Below are positions 24,901 through 36,767 of a DNA stretch of 64,000 bases, piece after piece; the stretch's first letter is position 1; every line of letters begins with the position of its first letter. Both the position numbers and the translations under genes were made by a program. Source of the stretch: Amoebophrya sp. A120. Its lineage: Eukaryota > Protista > Dinoflagellata. The stretch lies in assembly GCA_905178155.1 (NCBI GenBank), contig CAJINV010000001.1, positions 13,204,635-13,268,634 on the forward strand. Direction: 5' to 3'. The notes beneath the pieces were generated by a model, which did no database searches, had not been told where the DNA came from, and saw only the letters and a list, made by a program, of their open reading frames with translations.

Positions 24901-27900
24901 CGTCTGTAGTTCTCCTTTCGACGTTTCCGCGTTTCTCGGCGTGCCCTTTTTATTCACTGCCTGCAGATTCAAAGTCGCCAAGAACCTGGTTGTACTGTTC
25001 GATGGTATTCTGCTGCTTGGGCTGGTCGAAGTGAAGGTCCGTGTCGATTTTCTCTTCGGCGCCAGTGGAGGCTCCTGCATTTCACAGCCAGCATTCTTGG
25101 ATGTGGTGGCGCTATTCGGTGTGCTCAGTCCGGCATCGCCTGCTGCCTGGGATGTGGCATTCTCAACATTTTTATCCTTGTTGATGCTGCCACTGTCCCC
25201 AGCGGATGTTGCATCGGGCCGCGACTCGCCCGTGCAGCTCGAGGTGTCCTTTTTAAAGTCGGAGCTTTGCGCTTGCGCGCTAACCGCCATGGGGGAAATA
25301 TGAGGCACAGCCGGCAGTGCGGGCACTCCGGACGGCGGTGCTGGTGCAACCAACGATACGTGCGTAGTCGCCGCACTCGTCCGGGTCGCGGAGGTGGGTG
25401 TCACGGTCGACTTCATGGAAAGGGATGGGGGCAAGGGCGGCGGGGGACCGATTTTTGCCACGGTCGCTGAGAAAGAGGTCGTCGTACTGGTGGAAAGTGT
25501 CGCTTTAGAGGAAGGCGCGAGCATCTGCATTCCAGGCCCAAGGGCCGGCATAGGGGGTGGCGGAAGAGGCACGCCCGCGGGAACAGATGTTGAGCAGGTT
25601 GCTGCCGATGCTGCAGCTGCTGCTGTGTTGATTACAGGAGGGATAGGGAAAGTAGTTGTCGCGCCTCCAGGATTAGTATTCAGGTTGGGATCTTCCCCCA
25701 ATATTGTTGTCGTCGCACAGCTTGAAGCGTCGTTCGAAACCGGGGAGCGGAGCTCGTCATTTGAGACTTTAATGCTTGTCGCATTCGGCCCGGTTTTTCG
25801 TTCTTGCTCTTCGAGACGATGATCTTTTTCTCCAGCTTTGTTTTCATCGTTGGGAGCGGCAGCAAGCTGTTCTTGTTCCCCGTTAAGAATAATTTTGTTG
25901 TCCTTGCTACTTCTTCGTGCTTCACTCGCTTTTCTGCCCCGCTTCCTTTTTGCTCGCGTTCGAGTGTTTTTTCCGCTCGCGGCTACAGTGGTGCCCGAGG
26001 AACGAGCGCCCCCGGCGCCACCGTTCGCTCGTTCCTCTGCAGGAGCGTCTACGTCCTCCTCTTCCTCGACGATGGACTCCGGTGTTCTTTGTTCCGACGA
26101 GGTACAACCTTCGGACTTTTTATCCACGAGGTTGGAACTGCTGGTGGTGCTGCTGCAAGCAGAATTTTTGTTATCGTTTATGTTCTCCGGAAGTAGATCC
26201 TGGTCCACCACCGCACAAGTACTGCTGGATAGAAGTGTGACCACTCCCGAAGATACAACCGCCTCTCCAGGGGGCGTCCCCTGTGCCGCGCTCGCAGGTG
26301 CCGGCGCGTGGTTGTAGATAGAGGTACAACTCGACATGAGAGAACACGATGAACTTCCTCGCTGCTGCAGCTGTCCTCGAGGACGTTGTTCCTGTACTAT
26401 TGAAGATGTGCTCCCCCCGCACATCATTACCACACTGCTTTTTTCACTCGTGATGGAAGTGGTGTTGGAGGAGCTCTCCTGCGGACTGCTGCATCCGTCG
26501 AAGACATCCGCCAGCCGCTCGTGAATGCCGCCGGATTTGGACAGCGGGTCCTGGTCCCCGGCCGTGGTATCTTGGTCCTCGTGGTCGGGAGAGGGCGCCA
26601 AGACGCTAATCAGCTCCAGCGACTGCGCCTCACTACTGGACGTTACCGGAGAAGAAAAGGTCGGAGGTTGATGACTCGAAGCATGATCTGCATCTTCTAC
26701 GTGTTCCTGGTCTTGTTCCCTGAGGGCGTCGCTGCTGCGCTCGTCTTGCTGGTCCAGCACCACGCCGTCCATCTGCCTCTTTGCGGTCTTCTCTTGGTGG
26801 CATTCTGTAGAAGTGCAGCCACTTTTGCTCGACGCCACGGCGGCGTAACTAGTATTCGCTGTCTTTGCATTGAAGAGTTTCTGCGCGGAGGTACTGGTAG
26901 TAGAAGCACCCGTAGAAGTGCTCGACGCGGTTGTCCCGGTTACCTCTTGGTATGTACAAGAACTCCTTCTGGTCGCTTGTTGACTTGTACAAGTTTCGTG
27001 CGGGAGATCACTGTTGCTTGCCGTTTTGTTCTTGTTGCCTCTCGTTCTGGTCTTACTTTTATTTGCTCCGCCTCCGGATGCTGAAGCTATTGCAGGCTCC
27101 AGTGAAGAAGACGAAGAAGGTGCTGTTGGCTCTTTTGTTGATAGTCTTCTTGACGTTCGCCCGTGTAGTTCCACATCGTCATCATCCTGTCCTTGCGCTG
27201 AAGGCGGTGTGCGTCTTTCGAAGCGATGCTCCCCCTCGCCGTATCGCTTCTGCTTTTGCGCCTTTGTCGCTTCCCGTTCTTTACTTGAATTCTTTCCTCC
27301 TTTATTATTTTCCTTTCGCGTACTATTGTTGCCTCCCTTAGAAGTCGACGAGGCCGCAGCGCCGCCGAATGAAGACGAACCGAGCTTACCTGAGGATATC
27401 CGTGTTGATAATTGAAATTGATGCGCGGCTTGCTATATATACTAGTCTCGCCCGAATTTGTTCCGGAGACAACGAAGCGCAACGTCAGACATCGACTCGT
27501 GCCCACTTAAGAAAACGCTTTTTATTCGACTCTCACTATGAAAACTCAAAACAAAAGTGCACATAGCAAAATCTTACCATCGGTCGTCGGGGGAGGGAGG
27601 TCAGGTAGCGGTGGCGGTCCCTGGTTGAAGGCGGCGTAGTCCACGATAGGGGGCGGCGAGGCGAGTGCAATGGAAGCATTCTTCTGCTTTTTTCCATCGC
27701 TCCTGTGAGTAGAGGTGGAGTTTCCATTTCAACCTTCGTAAGAACTTCAACACTTCATCTTGATTTTCTTCCTGTATCTATGTAGAGGTGACCGACGACA
27801 CGACGTCCCAAGAATTCCACATCAGGTCACGTAACAATACGATTACGTACTCTGCTGATAAGGTAGACGTACACGAAATAAAGGAAAACGAAAATCTAAA

Positions 27901-30900
27901 AAAATCAGGTTCGCAACAAAAATACAGAGCAGGAGGTGAATGCGCCGCCCACTCCTGCGGCGCGGTAGTGGGAGGTGGCGCTAGGGTGGGCGGCGCAAAG
28001 TCCGGCACTATTGAGGGAGGCGGCACGCTCGGGATGACCATTTTACTGCTCTCCGACGCTGTTCCCGCTCCACCTGTACCGTTCACCGAAGATGAGGCCC
28101 TGTTTTTTTTTTTACGATCATCACGAAGGTAGAGCTAACGGCACAATCACAAAGTATAACTCTGTATCATAAGAAGCCGCAGACGCACTACAAAAAACTC
28201 ATATCAGTCAAGCATGAACTTTGCTTACATGCATGGGCTTTGGCTGATGAATAAAGCTTTTGGCTGATGAATCTAAGCATAATCAACAAAAGGATATCTT
28301 TATCTTACCCCGTCAAAGCTGCTCCTGGCGCTGCCGAAGAGGGAGGGCCCCCGAGTGGGAATATTGGCGACGGTATTTTCGAAAGGTCGGGCGCTTTTTG
28401 CGGCTTCGATGCATTCGGCTGCAGCTGCTTGGTTTTGCTAGCGCTGTTCGACTGCAATGGCGCACCTCCAGGGCCACCAGCGGGAGTTGACGAGCCATGA
28501 TTCCCGTTGTTGCTGCACGGCGTAGTCTTATTGCTGTTCTTCCCGGCACTGGCAGACTGCTGCTGTGCTGAAGATGAAGATGATGCACCAGAAGTAGAAA
28601 CAGCACCCGCGGCTCCGGCTTTTCCTTTGCCGCTGTTTTTCCCTCCTCCTTTAGCCGCGCTTTGCTGGGCTTTGGTCTTGAGCGGTTCAACGTGCGTGGA
28701 CTTGCTTTCATTGTAGCTGCTGTTGCCACCCCCGTAGCCTCCATCGGTCGTTGTGGGACTGGCTGCCGCGGAGGAACTGACCTTGTCTTCGCTCTGGTCC
28801 TCTTCGTCTCCGTACCCTACTTTGGTGGGGTCTTCTTGGTTTTTCTGCTTTTCCTTTTCCCGCTTGAGCTTTTTGTTTTTCTTTTCCTGTTTGTGTTCGT
28901 GCTGCCACTTGTCCCATTCCGCCTGCGTGTACTTCTTTCCATCATCGCCGACAAACCAGTCCTCTTTCCAACTTTCCGCTTCCCGCTGTTTGCGCCTGCA
29001 GATTTTTACGGAATTTAGTAAACTTGTACTTGAGGTAGTAGACAAAGTGCTTGCATTACGATTGACTTCGACTTCGTCTATCTCATCTATGAAGACAAAT
29101 GCATACAACCTTCGGGTTGCGCCATAGGTACGCACGGTAACGGTAAGACACTTATTTCCCTACAAATTTACTGCTCACGAAATCAGGTGAACATGAACAT
29201 CATCGGCTCAAGACAAGGAAAAGGAACCAGCAACAAAATAAAAGGTACTCTTTTTTGGCTTCCTTCTTCGCTTTCTCCTGTTTCTCCCAGTCGGCCTTCT
29301 CATGTTTCTCCCATTTTGCCCAGTCTTTGTCGCTCCACTGCTCTTTCTCGTATTTGTTGGTCCCGTGCTTTGATGTCGATAGTACGTCGCTCTGTTTGTC
29401 GTATTTGTCATACTTCCCGTGCTTGCTTTCGTACTGATGCTTCTCTTTTTGCTCGTACTTGCTCGACGTAGAATTTTCGTGCTTGCTGTTTTCGTACTTG
29501 CTAGTCGTCTCTTTTTCGTACTTCTCGTACTCCGCACTGCTGTACTTCTTTTTCTTCTTACTCGTCGCACCGGTACTACTTGTTGTGGCGTCTTTACTAG
29601 AAGAACCTGGCGGCTGCTGCTCTTCGGAGTTGTAGCTATGAGTCGCGTAGTTCTTTTGCTCTTTCTTCTCCTTGTCCTTAGCAAGGGGCGCACTGCTCTC
29701 ACTGAGAACATTTTTTCCCGTTGATTTTGCGGTGCTGTGCGCCCCCACACAACTATCGGTCCCCTGCTTCGACGAAGCAGATACGCCGGGTTGCTGATTT
29801 TCCGCAAGTACATCGGCTCCTGTACCTTCTTTGTCTTTACCGCCCGCTCGCTTCCCGGGTTTGTAGTCGTAATTGGTAGTCGCAGTCGCCGTCGCCGTCG
29901 CGTTGTTGTTTTTATTGTTTTGTCTATTTTTCTTCTGCTGTTCGGTTTTGGACGCAGGGGGTTGTGCACCAGCGCCAGTAGTTGTGCCGCCGATTGACGT
30001 TATTTGTGCCCCTTTCGAACCAGCGGAGCTGCCGGCTCCTCCCGCGACACTGGTTCCGCTCGCGGCTCCAGCTGCGTCAGATACCGTACTCGGCGAGCCT
30101 GTCACGCTCGGTGGTAAGGCGGGCGGGACCATGGCAGCGGGCAGCTCAGCATTTGCAACCGCCGAAGAAGTGGATGCCGTGGGAGAATTTTTCAACACTT
30201 CGGGGCTATTCCTCTTACTTGCTGCGTCTGGCCGGTTAATGGGCTCTGCTTTTGTTTTGGAGCTGGAACCGCCAACGTATTTGGCAGGGTCAGGAACGTT
30301 CAGTGAGGACGTAGTCGGGTTGTTGCCTTTGTGGTTGCTCGAAATGCTGTCCAAGGCTGCACTTGAAGCTCCCCCTGCTGCTCCGAGTGCGCTACTTGAG
30401 GCTCCTGTGCCTCCGCCCTTTTCGTCGCCCTTTCCTCGTTTCCCCTTTCCTTTATGGCCTTTACCCGACTGCTGTGCGGCCAGTGCCTTCAGATCTCGGT
30501 GATCAGGATGCAAACCGTGCATAAAATTGCCTGTTGTAGAAGTTAAACGAGACAGATCAAAAAAAAAAAAAGTTATGGAGTTCGACTTGCAGTTAGAGTT
30601 CCATTCACAATAAATCCATTTTCAAAAAACGCATATTTTCTACTTCGAAGGTTCAAAAAAATTTGGTACAGTCCCCTTTCGTGTGCCGGTCGCAATATTC
30701 GCCGTTGAGCCACTTGATGCAATATTTGGCGGTGCCGATCATGCAGCGAAGCGTCATATCCTCGTCCGGGTGCTTGTAACCGTCCAAGCCCCGCACCGCT
30801 TTCGCGGCGTCCTCCTCTTTTTGGTACGTGACGTAGGCGGAATGATACTCCTCCCCGTGCCTCTGCTTTCCTTGCGAGGATAAGACGACCTGTTTCGTCG

Positions 30901-32428
30901 AAAAGTAGAAAAACTTGATCAAGATTTGTTGGGCAATAAAGCCATGGAAATACAAATGCTGCAGAAAGCACGCTTTGGTTACTCATTTTCTCGTAGACCG
31001 ATATAAACTACAGGAGACGAAGTTGTGACATCATTCAACAACCAGTTCCAGTGCAGTACCGACTTGATTGGGCCATACTGCGCAAAAAACTCCTGTTTCA
31101 GGATTTTTTCGTTTGCGAATGTCCTGCTCAGCCCGATGACATACACTGCAGTCGGCTGTCGCACCCGTTGCTCCATCAGTAAGTCTATCAAATGTAAAAA
31201 TGTCTGGGTCTGGAAGAATGCAAGTTTGTCATGCAGGTTTTCCATGACCCATGAGGTCTGGTATATAGGACATAGCATGACAGATTCTGCGAGAGCTCTA
31301 TCATGCCTATGCTGCATGAGAAACTGCCTCTCGATTAGGTCAAAAGTGGACAGCTTTCGGCACTCATGCAACACAGATTTTTGTATGCTTCAGATTTCGC
31401 ATGACAAGTTGCTTTGTTCCAGACCCAGACATTTTTGCAATCCATAAAGTCTTTGTATTGCTTCCGCTCCCGCACCTCCGCCGAGTCTTCCGGATACCTC
31501 GTTGCCGTATCAAATGCAAATATGTCTGGGTCTGGAAGATTGCGACTTGTGATGCTGTCTCTGCATTCTAAAAAAATTTGTATTGCATGACCAGCAAGAG
31601 GGGTCCAGTTTGTGCTACATGGAGAGGGCATTTCTCATGCGGGATAGGCATCAGAAAGCCCGCTAAAAATCTGTGATGCCAGGTTTTCCATTACAGGCGT
31701 TATGGGTCATGTAAAATCTGCATGACAAGTCTGGCATTTTTCCGGACCCAGACATTTTTGCATTTGATATGCCGGACGGAGTGGCGATTGCTTGACGGCA
31801 CCTCCACTGGGCGCGGCCGCCTGTGTGGGGTCTGGCACGTTTGGCCGTGCTCCAGTCGCCCCGCCGCGTGAGGGCCCCCCACTGGCCCGGGTCGCAGAAG
31901 TTGCACTGCTGCTGCTAGTACCCGCAGCTCCCTTGTTGTGCTTGCTGCCGCTTGTACGAAGATCTTGCTGATGCGCAGCGGAACTGCTCCCAGCCTGCTG
32001 CTTGTTACTTCCGCTATTTGCCGTGGCATCCGCGGCTTTTGCAGATTTTTGCTTCGGGGGCTCGATGACACGAAAGTTTGCCTCGTCATAGGGCTGTCGG
32101 CACGCAGGGCACAACCCATTGTCCTCATTTCGGATGTAATTCACACAAAAAAGGCAAATTCGGTAGGAACCTGCGAGATTTGTTTTTTCCTTTTCAATAC
32201 TAATTCGGTGAAAGTACTGCCGCTGTCACTTCACAACGCTTATCGAGTTTCAATTTCCTGTGAGTTACAACCGATTCAAAATTGAAATTGACATCCATGT
32301 GAAAATACCAACGCAAAAATTTCAATACATGTGCAGGCGTAAAAGTGTTTATCGGTTTCATCCAGGCGGTTCATGCACAGGGGACAGTCCTCCTCGTCAT
32401 CGTCAACAAATGCGTTTGACGTCGCCAT
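21987..32428 (-). CDS. CNOT4: CCR4-NOT subunit Not4 E3 ligase (C4C4 RING, RRM, CCCH finger) with a very long low-complexity, Gln-rich C-terminal region
   Basis: RING: CPLCMNRLDETDKHFYACT/CSYRICLFCVNYIRNEDNGLCPACRQPY. RRM: RVRQPTAVYVIGL...EFFAQYGPIK...SAYVTY. CCCH finger: GTAKYCIKWLNGEYC...CNFMH. The N-terminal part (30500-32428) is secure. Joining to the ORFs down to 22228/21987 is inferred from plausible GT-AG junctions, not all phase-checked. Confidence 0.85.
22850..24200. repeat. Imperfect CAG/CAA (poly-Gln) tracts in coding sequence
   Basis: Multiple (CTG)n runs on the plus strand, e.g. near 23320-23343 and 24052-24075. Confidence 0.85.
31186..31446. mobile_element. TIR intron-like element, family A (261 bp), in CNOT4
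   Basis: TATCAAATGTAAAAATGTCTGGGTCTGGAA ... TTCCAGACCCAGACATTTTTGCAATCCATA. Repeat AAGTC at 31181-31185 and 31447-31451. Removal gives KQYKDLLMEQRVRQ. Confidence 0.93.
31508..31769. mobile_element. TIR intron-like element, family A (262 bp), in CNOT4
   Basis: TATCAAATGCAAATATGTCTGGGTCTGGAA ... TTCCGGACCCAGACATTTTTGCATTTGATA. Repeat TGCCG at 31503-31507 and 31770-31774. Removal gives SPLRPATRYPED. Confidence 0.93.
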
Positions 32429-34300
32429 ACTGATGGAGTATCGCCGTTGCAGCTTTCGGTCCTCGGGAATACGGCCGTAGAACCAAGAAGTTTGCTATTG
32501 CTGCACCAAATTGGTCCTGTCGACGAGAGCCACGAGCTGCAGAGCTACTCACTTACAGCCACAGATCGGGGTGCAAGAATCTGCAACCTCCGCCAAGGAC
32601 AAGGGCTCCTAGAGACAGGGCGCTTCTGTAGTTTCCTTCTTGTGGATTTCTTGGAAAAAATGGTGCTGCTGCCTCTGTCGTCCTTCTCGTCTCCTTCTCC
32701 GCGGAATACTGCGACTGACATCACCAGTAGGAGAACTAATACTAATGGGTAAAGAAATGATGTCGAAGTGAACGGGCCTCGTCGGATCTTCCTTGTGAGT
32801 AGTCCTTATACACAACTCGACGGACTACTTTACGCATCGGTGACAAAATTCAAAAAAAGCTTGAAGACGACGCCGAGGGGAGTTTTATTTTCCCGGCAGT
32901 TGTTCGGTTCTCTGCTGAGGAGTCACTCCTGCACCTGGCAAGGAGCTGGACGGGGACAGCTGCGCCGATGATAATATCTGGCACTGGGACCGCCGATATA
33001 CTTTTAGTACGACGCGGGGGAGGACTGCTGATGATGCACTACTGCCCAGAACTGGCGTTACACGACTGGTGACGCAAACGGGTTGTGAATTTTTGACTTC
33101 AACTTGCTGCCGGTAGTAGTAGTAGTAGTAGCCCGAGTTGCGAAATCCAAAGCCGCCTGGGAGAGACCTTGTGGAGCAGCGTCGTGTGTGAAGCGGAAAA
33201 GATTGAAACAAGGAGCTGCACAAACTCAAAATTGTAATATTTTCGCTCCGCCAACAGGTTCGACTACAGGTCGAGAAAATGGAGCCGGCCTTGCTTGTTG
33301 CCGTTGCTTTCGACGCACGGTATTTGAGTGCTACACATTGATTTTCTATCGGTATTCATTCAATTTGAGATACACGAAGACATGACATAGCCGGGATTCT
33401 TACATTTACTTTTTTCACATGCTTCTTCAATTTCTGCGAGTTCGTGACTGAAGGTTGGAAGGCTATTTTTTCCTACTATGACAAGAAGACTCTTTCTGTT
33501 TACTATTTTCATCCTTGGATACTATGTTCGTTCGATCACTACAAGTACAACCGAGCTACAACTACACTGCTAGGAAAATATATAAGGTGGCTGCCAGAGC
33601 TCAAAGGCTAGAAAACTTGTATGTTGCTGTAGTAGAAAATCTATCAAAAATAAAACTTTCTTGTCTAAATTCGGAAGTTTTCAGGCCTGTGAGGATGAAC
33701 GTGTCATGTCGATAGATAGAACAAGTGCATATTGTTGATTGAAACAAAAAATGAAAACGGAAATATCAAAGTGCCAATCATGCGCCACTGCGACGTGGGG
33801 ATGGAAGTAAAAGTAATTCAGTGATCTTTCAGCGAATGACATTCGCCCATACAACCAAGAAAGGCGTAGTTGTGAGGTGATCTTGATCTCGGACTGCAGG
33901 ACGCTTGTGCCACTATCTTGTGTCGCGCTCGCGACTTGCAGAAGCGCCATGAAATAAGCTCAGTGAGTGTCGCTAGGAGTGTGCCACAGCCAAGGTGACG
34001 AGAACGGCGAATGCCGAAGCCGACAATGATGTTTTGACACTTCTGCACACATAATTGAACATCTTCGTGATGGCTCTCAAAGACGTACATGTACACGACC
34101 AAAGACAGAAACCCGTCTTTTCTGCCGGTCTGAGTAGAAGCGCGGTTTCGTCACGTTTCTTTTGCCATTCTCGAAAGGAGTATGTATGTGTCGTTCAAAG
34201 TAGTACTTACAGCGAAGTAGAAAAAGACTCGTGAAGATCTATCTATGGCGTAGCATGCACTGTCTAGATCCCAGCTTTTGCGAGAAGGACAAATGCATCG

Positions 34301-35200
34301 CTACATATTCAGCTTCAGTCCCAATACAAAGCCAAGCTCGGAAGGATCCAGTTCTACTTCAGCACCGCCCGCAGAAGATGAGGATGACGAGGACTCTTTC
34401 ATCGCCTTAGAAGACCCATCTTCACCCACAGAAGCTATTTTTCCTCCAGCAACGTGATCTACTTTTTTACAGCGTTGACGCGAAGTTGGAGACTTTTCTT
34501 GTGGCCTGTCGTACGGGCCGAGCGGCTTCCGCGACGAGTACGGTGGTACTATCGCGCTCCTACAACTACTTCCAGCCGGAAATTGCCCTTTCACCGCACG
34601 GTAGCTGCTGTGCTGCGGCGTCTCGTCGTCGCGTCGGTTTGTAGCTTTTGTGCCGCATCTTGAAGAAAATGTGCTGGTACTAGAACTACCGGCAGTAGGA
34701 GCTTTTGGCACAGATGATGTTTTAATATTCTCAGAAAATGCAATAAAGCTTTCGTCCTGATCGTCGATGTGTGCGAGCGCGGAAATGTCATTCCCGAACC
34801 TGCTTACCAGCGCATCTACGCTTAACGAGGACACGTCAGCGAAGAGAATATTTTCGTCCGCAGCTGCCCCGACAACTTGTTGGTCGTGAACAACAGGAAC
34901 ATCCAGCATACTGTGCTGATTCCCCCGCCTTTTGTTGTCGGAAATACCGAAGCTCTTCTCCACATCGTCTTCTACGGGATTTCTCCTCGAATTATGGGTT
35001 TCTCGGTGGGCACGCGATTTCTGGCCATCATGGATGGGACAATCTTGTGCTTGTTGATGCCGTACTCCAAGCGAAAATTGATTTTCACCTCCACCGTCCT
35101 CTCGCAAATGCGCATTCTTACCTTGGCTCAACGTCGTGGCACCGGTAAAAGTAGAACTCGGCATCGCTCTATTCGACTTATTCGAGTTCCACGAATCCAT
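34301..35200 (-). CDS. Hypothetical low-complexity protein (possibly spliced to exons near 33700-34130)
   Basis: 299-aa ATG-initiated ORF on the common gene strand. No domain recognised. Confidence 0.45.
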   Translation of the reverse strand: MDSWNSNKSNRAMPSSTFTGATTLSQGKNAHLREDGGGENQFSLGVRHQQAQDCPIHDGQKSRAHRETHNSRRNPVEDDVEKSFGISDNKRRGNQHSMLDVPVVHDQQVVGAAADENILFADVSSLSVDALVSRFGNDISALAHIDDQDESFIAFSENIKTSSVPKAPTAGSSSTSTFSSRCGTKATNRRDDETPQHSSYRAVKGQFPAGSSCRSAIVPPYSSRKPLGPYDRPQEKSPTSRQRCKKVDHVAGGKIASVGEDGSSKAMKESSSSSSSAGGAEVELDPSELGFVLGLKLNM

Positions 35201-35277
35201 TTTACAACTACTTCTGAAGAAAGTTGTTCTCCCTGTTGCTCCTGTCGTGGTGGTCGTAGTTTCCTGCTCTACAAGTT

Positions 35278-35727
35278 TTATTTCGTTTTTTTGACTTCTT
35301 CACCGTCCTCTGCGGCGTCGGTACCAGTGCCGCCGGCACCTGCTTCTTCAACTTCTTCTGCGTCAGACTTCGACGAGATTTTCTTCTTTCTTTTCTTCTG
35401 CCCAATCGCTTCTGAATCAGCACCAGAATCTTTTCGTGGCGACGTGGTCTTGATCTCGTCGCTCCTGACAGCATTCGAAGTGGGTTTGATATTTCGTGGA
35501 CCTGCACCAGAATTGCTCTGGTCGTTTTTCTTGTCGTTCTTCGAGTAGTAGAAGAGCACTGCGAACGCGAGACTGACTAGCTTGATGAGCATGCGATACT
35601 GGTCCAGTGGCACATACTCGGTGAACCCTCCGAGGTGACTTACACCCGAAAGCAGGAAATAACCGCCATAAAGAATACAGAACAGCGGCAGCGGGTTTTT
35701 CCTCGTCTTCTGGATGAAATCGTTCAT
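35278..35727 (-). CDS. Small hypothetical membrane protein (two hydrophobic segments, charged tail)
   Basis: LPLFCILYGGYFLLSGV and MLIKLVSLAFAVLFYY followed by a Lys/Glu-rich tail. Confidence 0.6.
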   Translation of the reverse strand: MNDFIQKTRKNPLPLFCILYGGYFLLSGVSHLGGFTEYVPLDQYRMLIKLVSLAFAVLFYYSKNDKKNDQSNSGAGPRNIKPTSNAVRSDEIKTTSPRKDSGADSEAIGQKKRKKKISSKSDAEEVEEAGAGGTGTDAAEDGEEVKKTK

Positions 35728-36767
35728 TTTTTCGTCCTCCCAAAAAGAGAGCCAGAGCAAAACAGGTTTATAAATATCTACTTCCGCTCCTTGGCTTTCA
35801 CTTGGTCTTGGCCCAGAATGAAATTACAGTAAAGGTAAACGTAAAGGTAAAGAAAATAGTTGTAAGTACTATCTTCAGGATGCTAGGAGAACGAGAAAAA
35901 AGCCGATCTGTAAATGGAAGAAAAAAGAGGGAGATTTCGTGTGCTTTTTCAGTTTAGGCACTGACAGCTGGTAAAATCCTTTCTCATCAGGAGGAGGAGA
36001 TCGCTCGTTGAAGGCAAAAGAAATTCGTACAGTGGAGCCATCTGGCGTACGCACTACTTTGAGATCAAGAAATTGTCGGTCGCGAACCTCCAAATGCAAC
36101 TGGGAAAAGAGAATATCATCTACATCTTCATCTTTTTTTACAATTCGAGCGTGTATCACATCTTCATCTTCAGGGTCTGGCGTCGAGAATCCTGCTCACG
36201 ATCGTCGCGTATGTAATGCATGCCGCGTAAATGACTGATCCCAAAGATACCTTCTGACATTTCGATCCAACCTCGGGCTCCGCCACCCTCATCTACAACA
36301 TGAAATGGAAGCTATACACACATGCATAAAAGCACGCTGATCACACTGCCGCTCCAACACGGTTTGAGAATTTTCCCGCTTTCTCGTGCATTTTCCGAGC
36401 ACCACGAACACCAAGCAAAATCTAGACTGCGGCCTCGGATAATCCGATGACGATTCTCGACGTCCTTGCACTGCATCCATTGACCATTCCTTTGCACGTT
36501 TTCGTCAACACAACAGCTCGGAGTCACACTTTGCGGTGAGCTAATCAAAGCTCCGCTCGCGTGATTTTTTCTTGAACAGGTCAAGATATTCTTGTTTTGT
36601 TCGACAAAAATAAGGCGCTGCTACCTTGTCAAAACTGAGAAACTTGAATTCTCAAAACAAATGGTGCGTCTGCTCTGCACATGCGACAAAATCGAGAGCA
36701 GAAGTCCATAACTTCCTGCTTCCGCTAGAAATCCTATACTGATCATCCATATGTGTTTTTACCTTGT

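Noticed and set aside
28247-28272. Short duplicated TTTGGCTGATGAAT in an intron (a similar duplication lies at 6520-6573)
   Set aside because: Two-copy local duplications only. They are not a CRISPR array or a mobile element.
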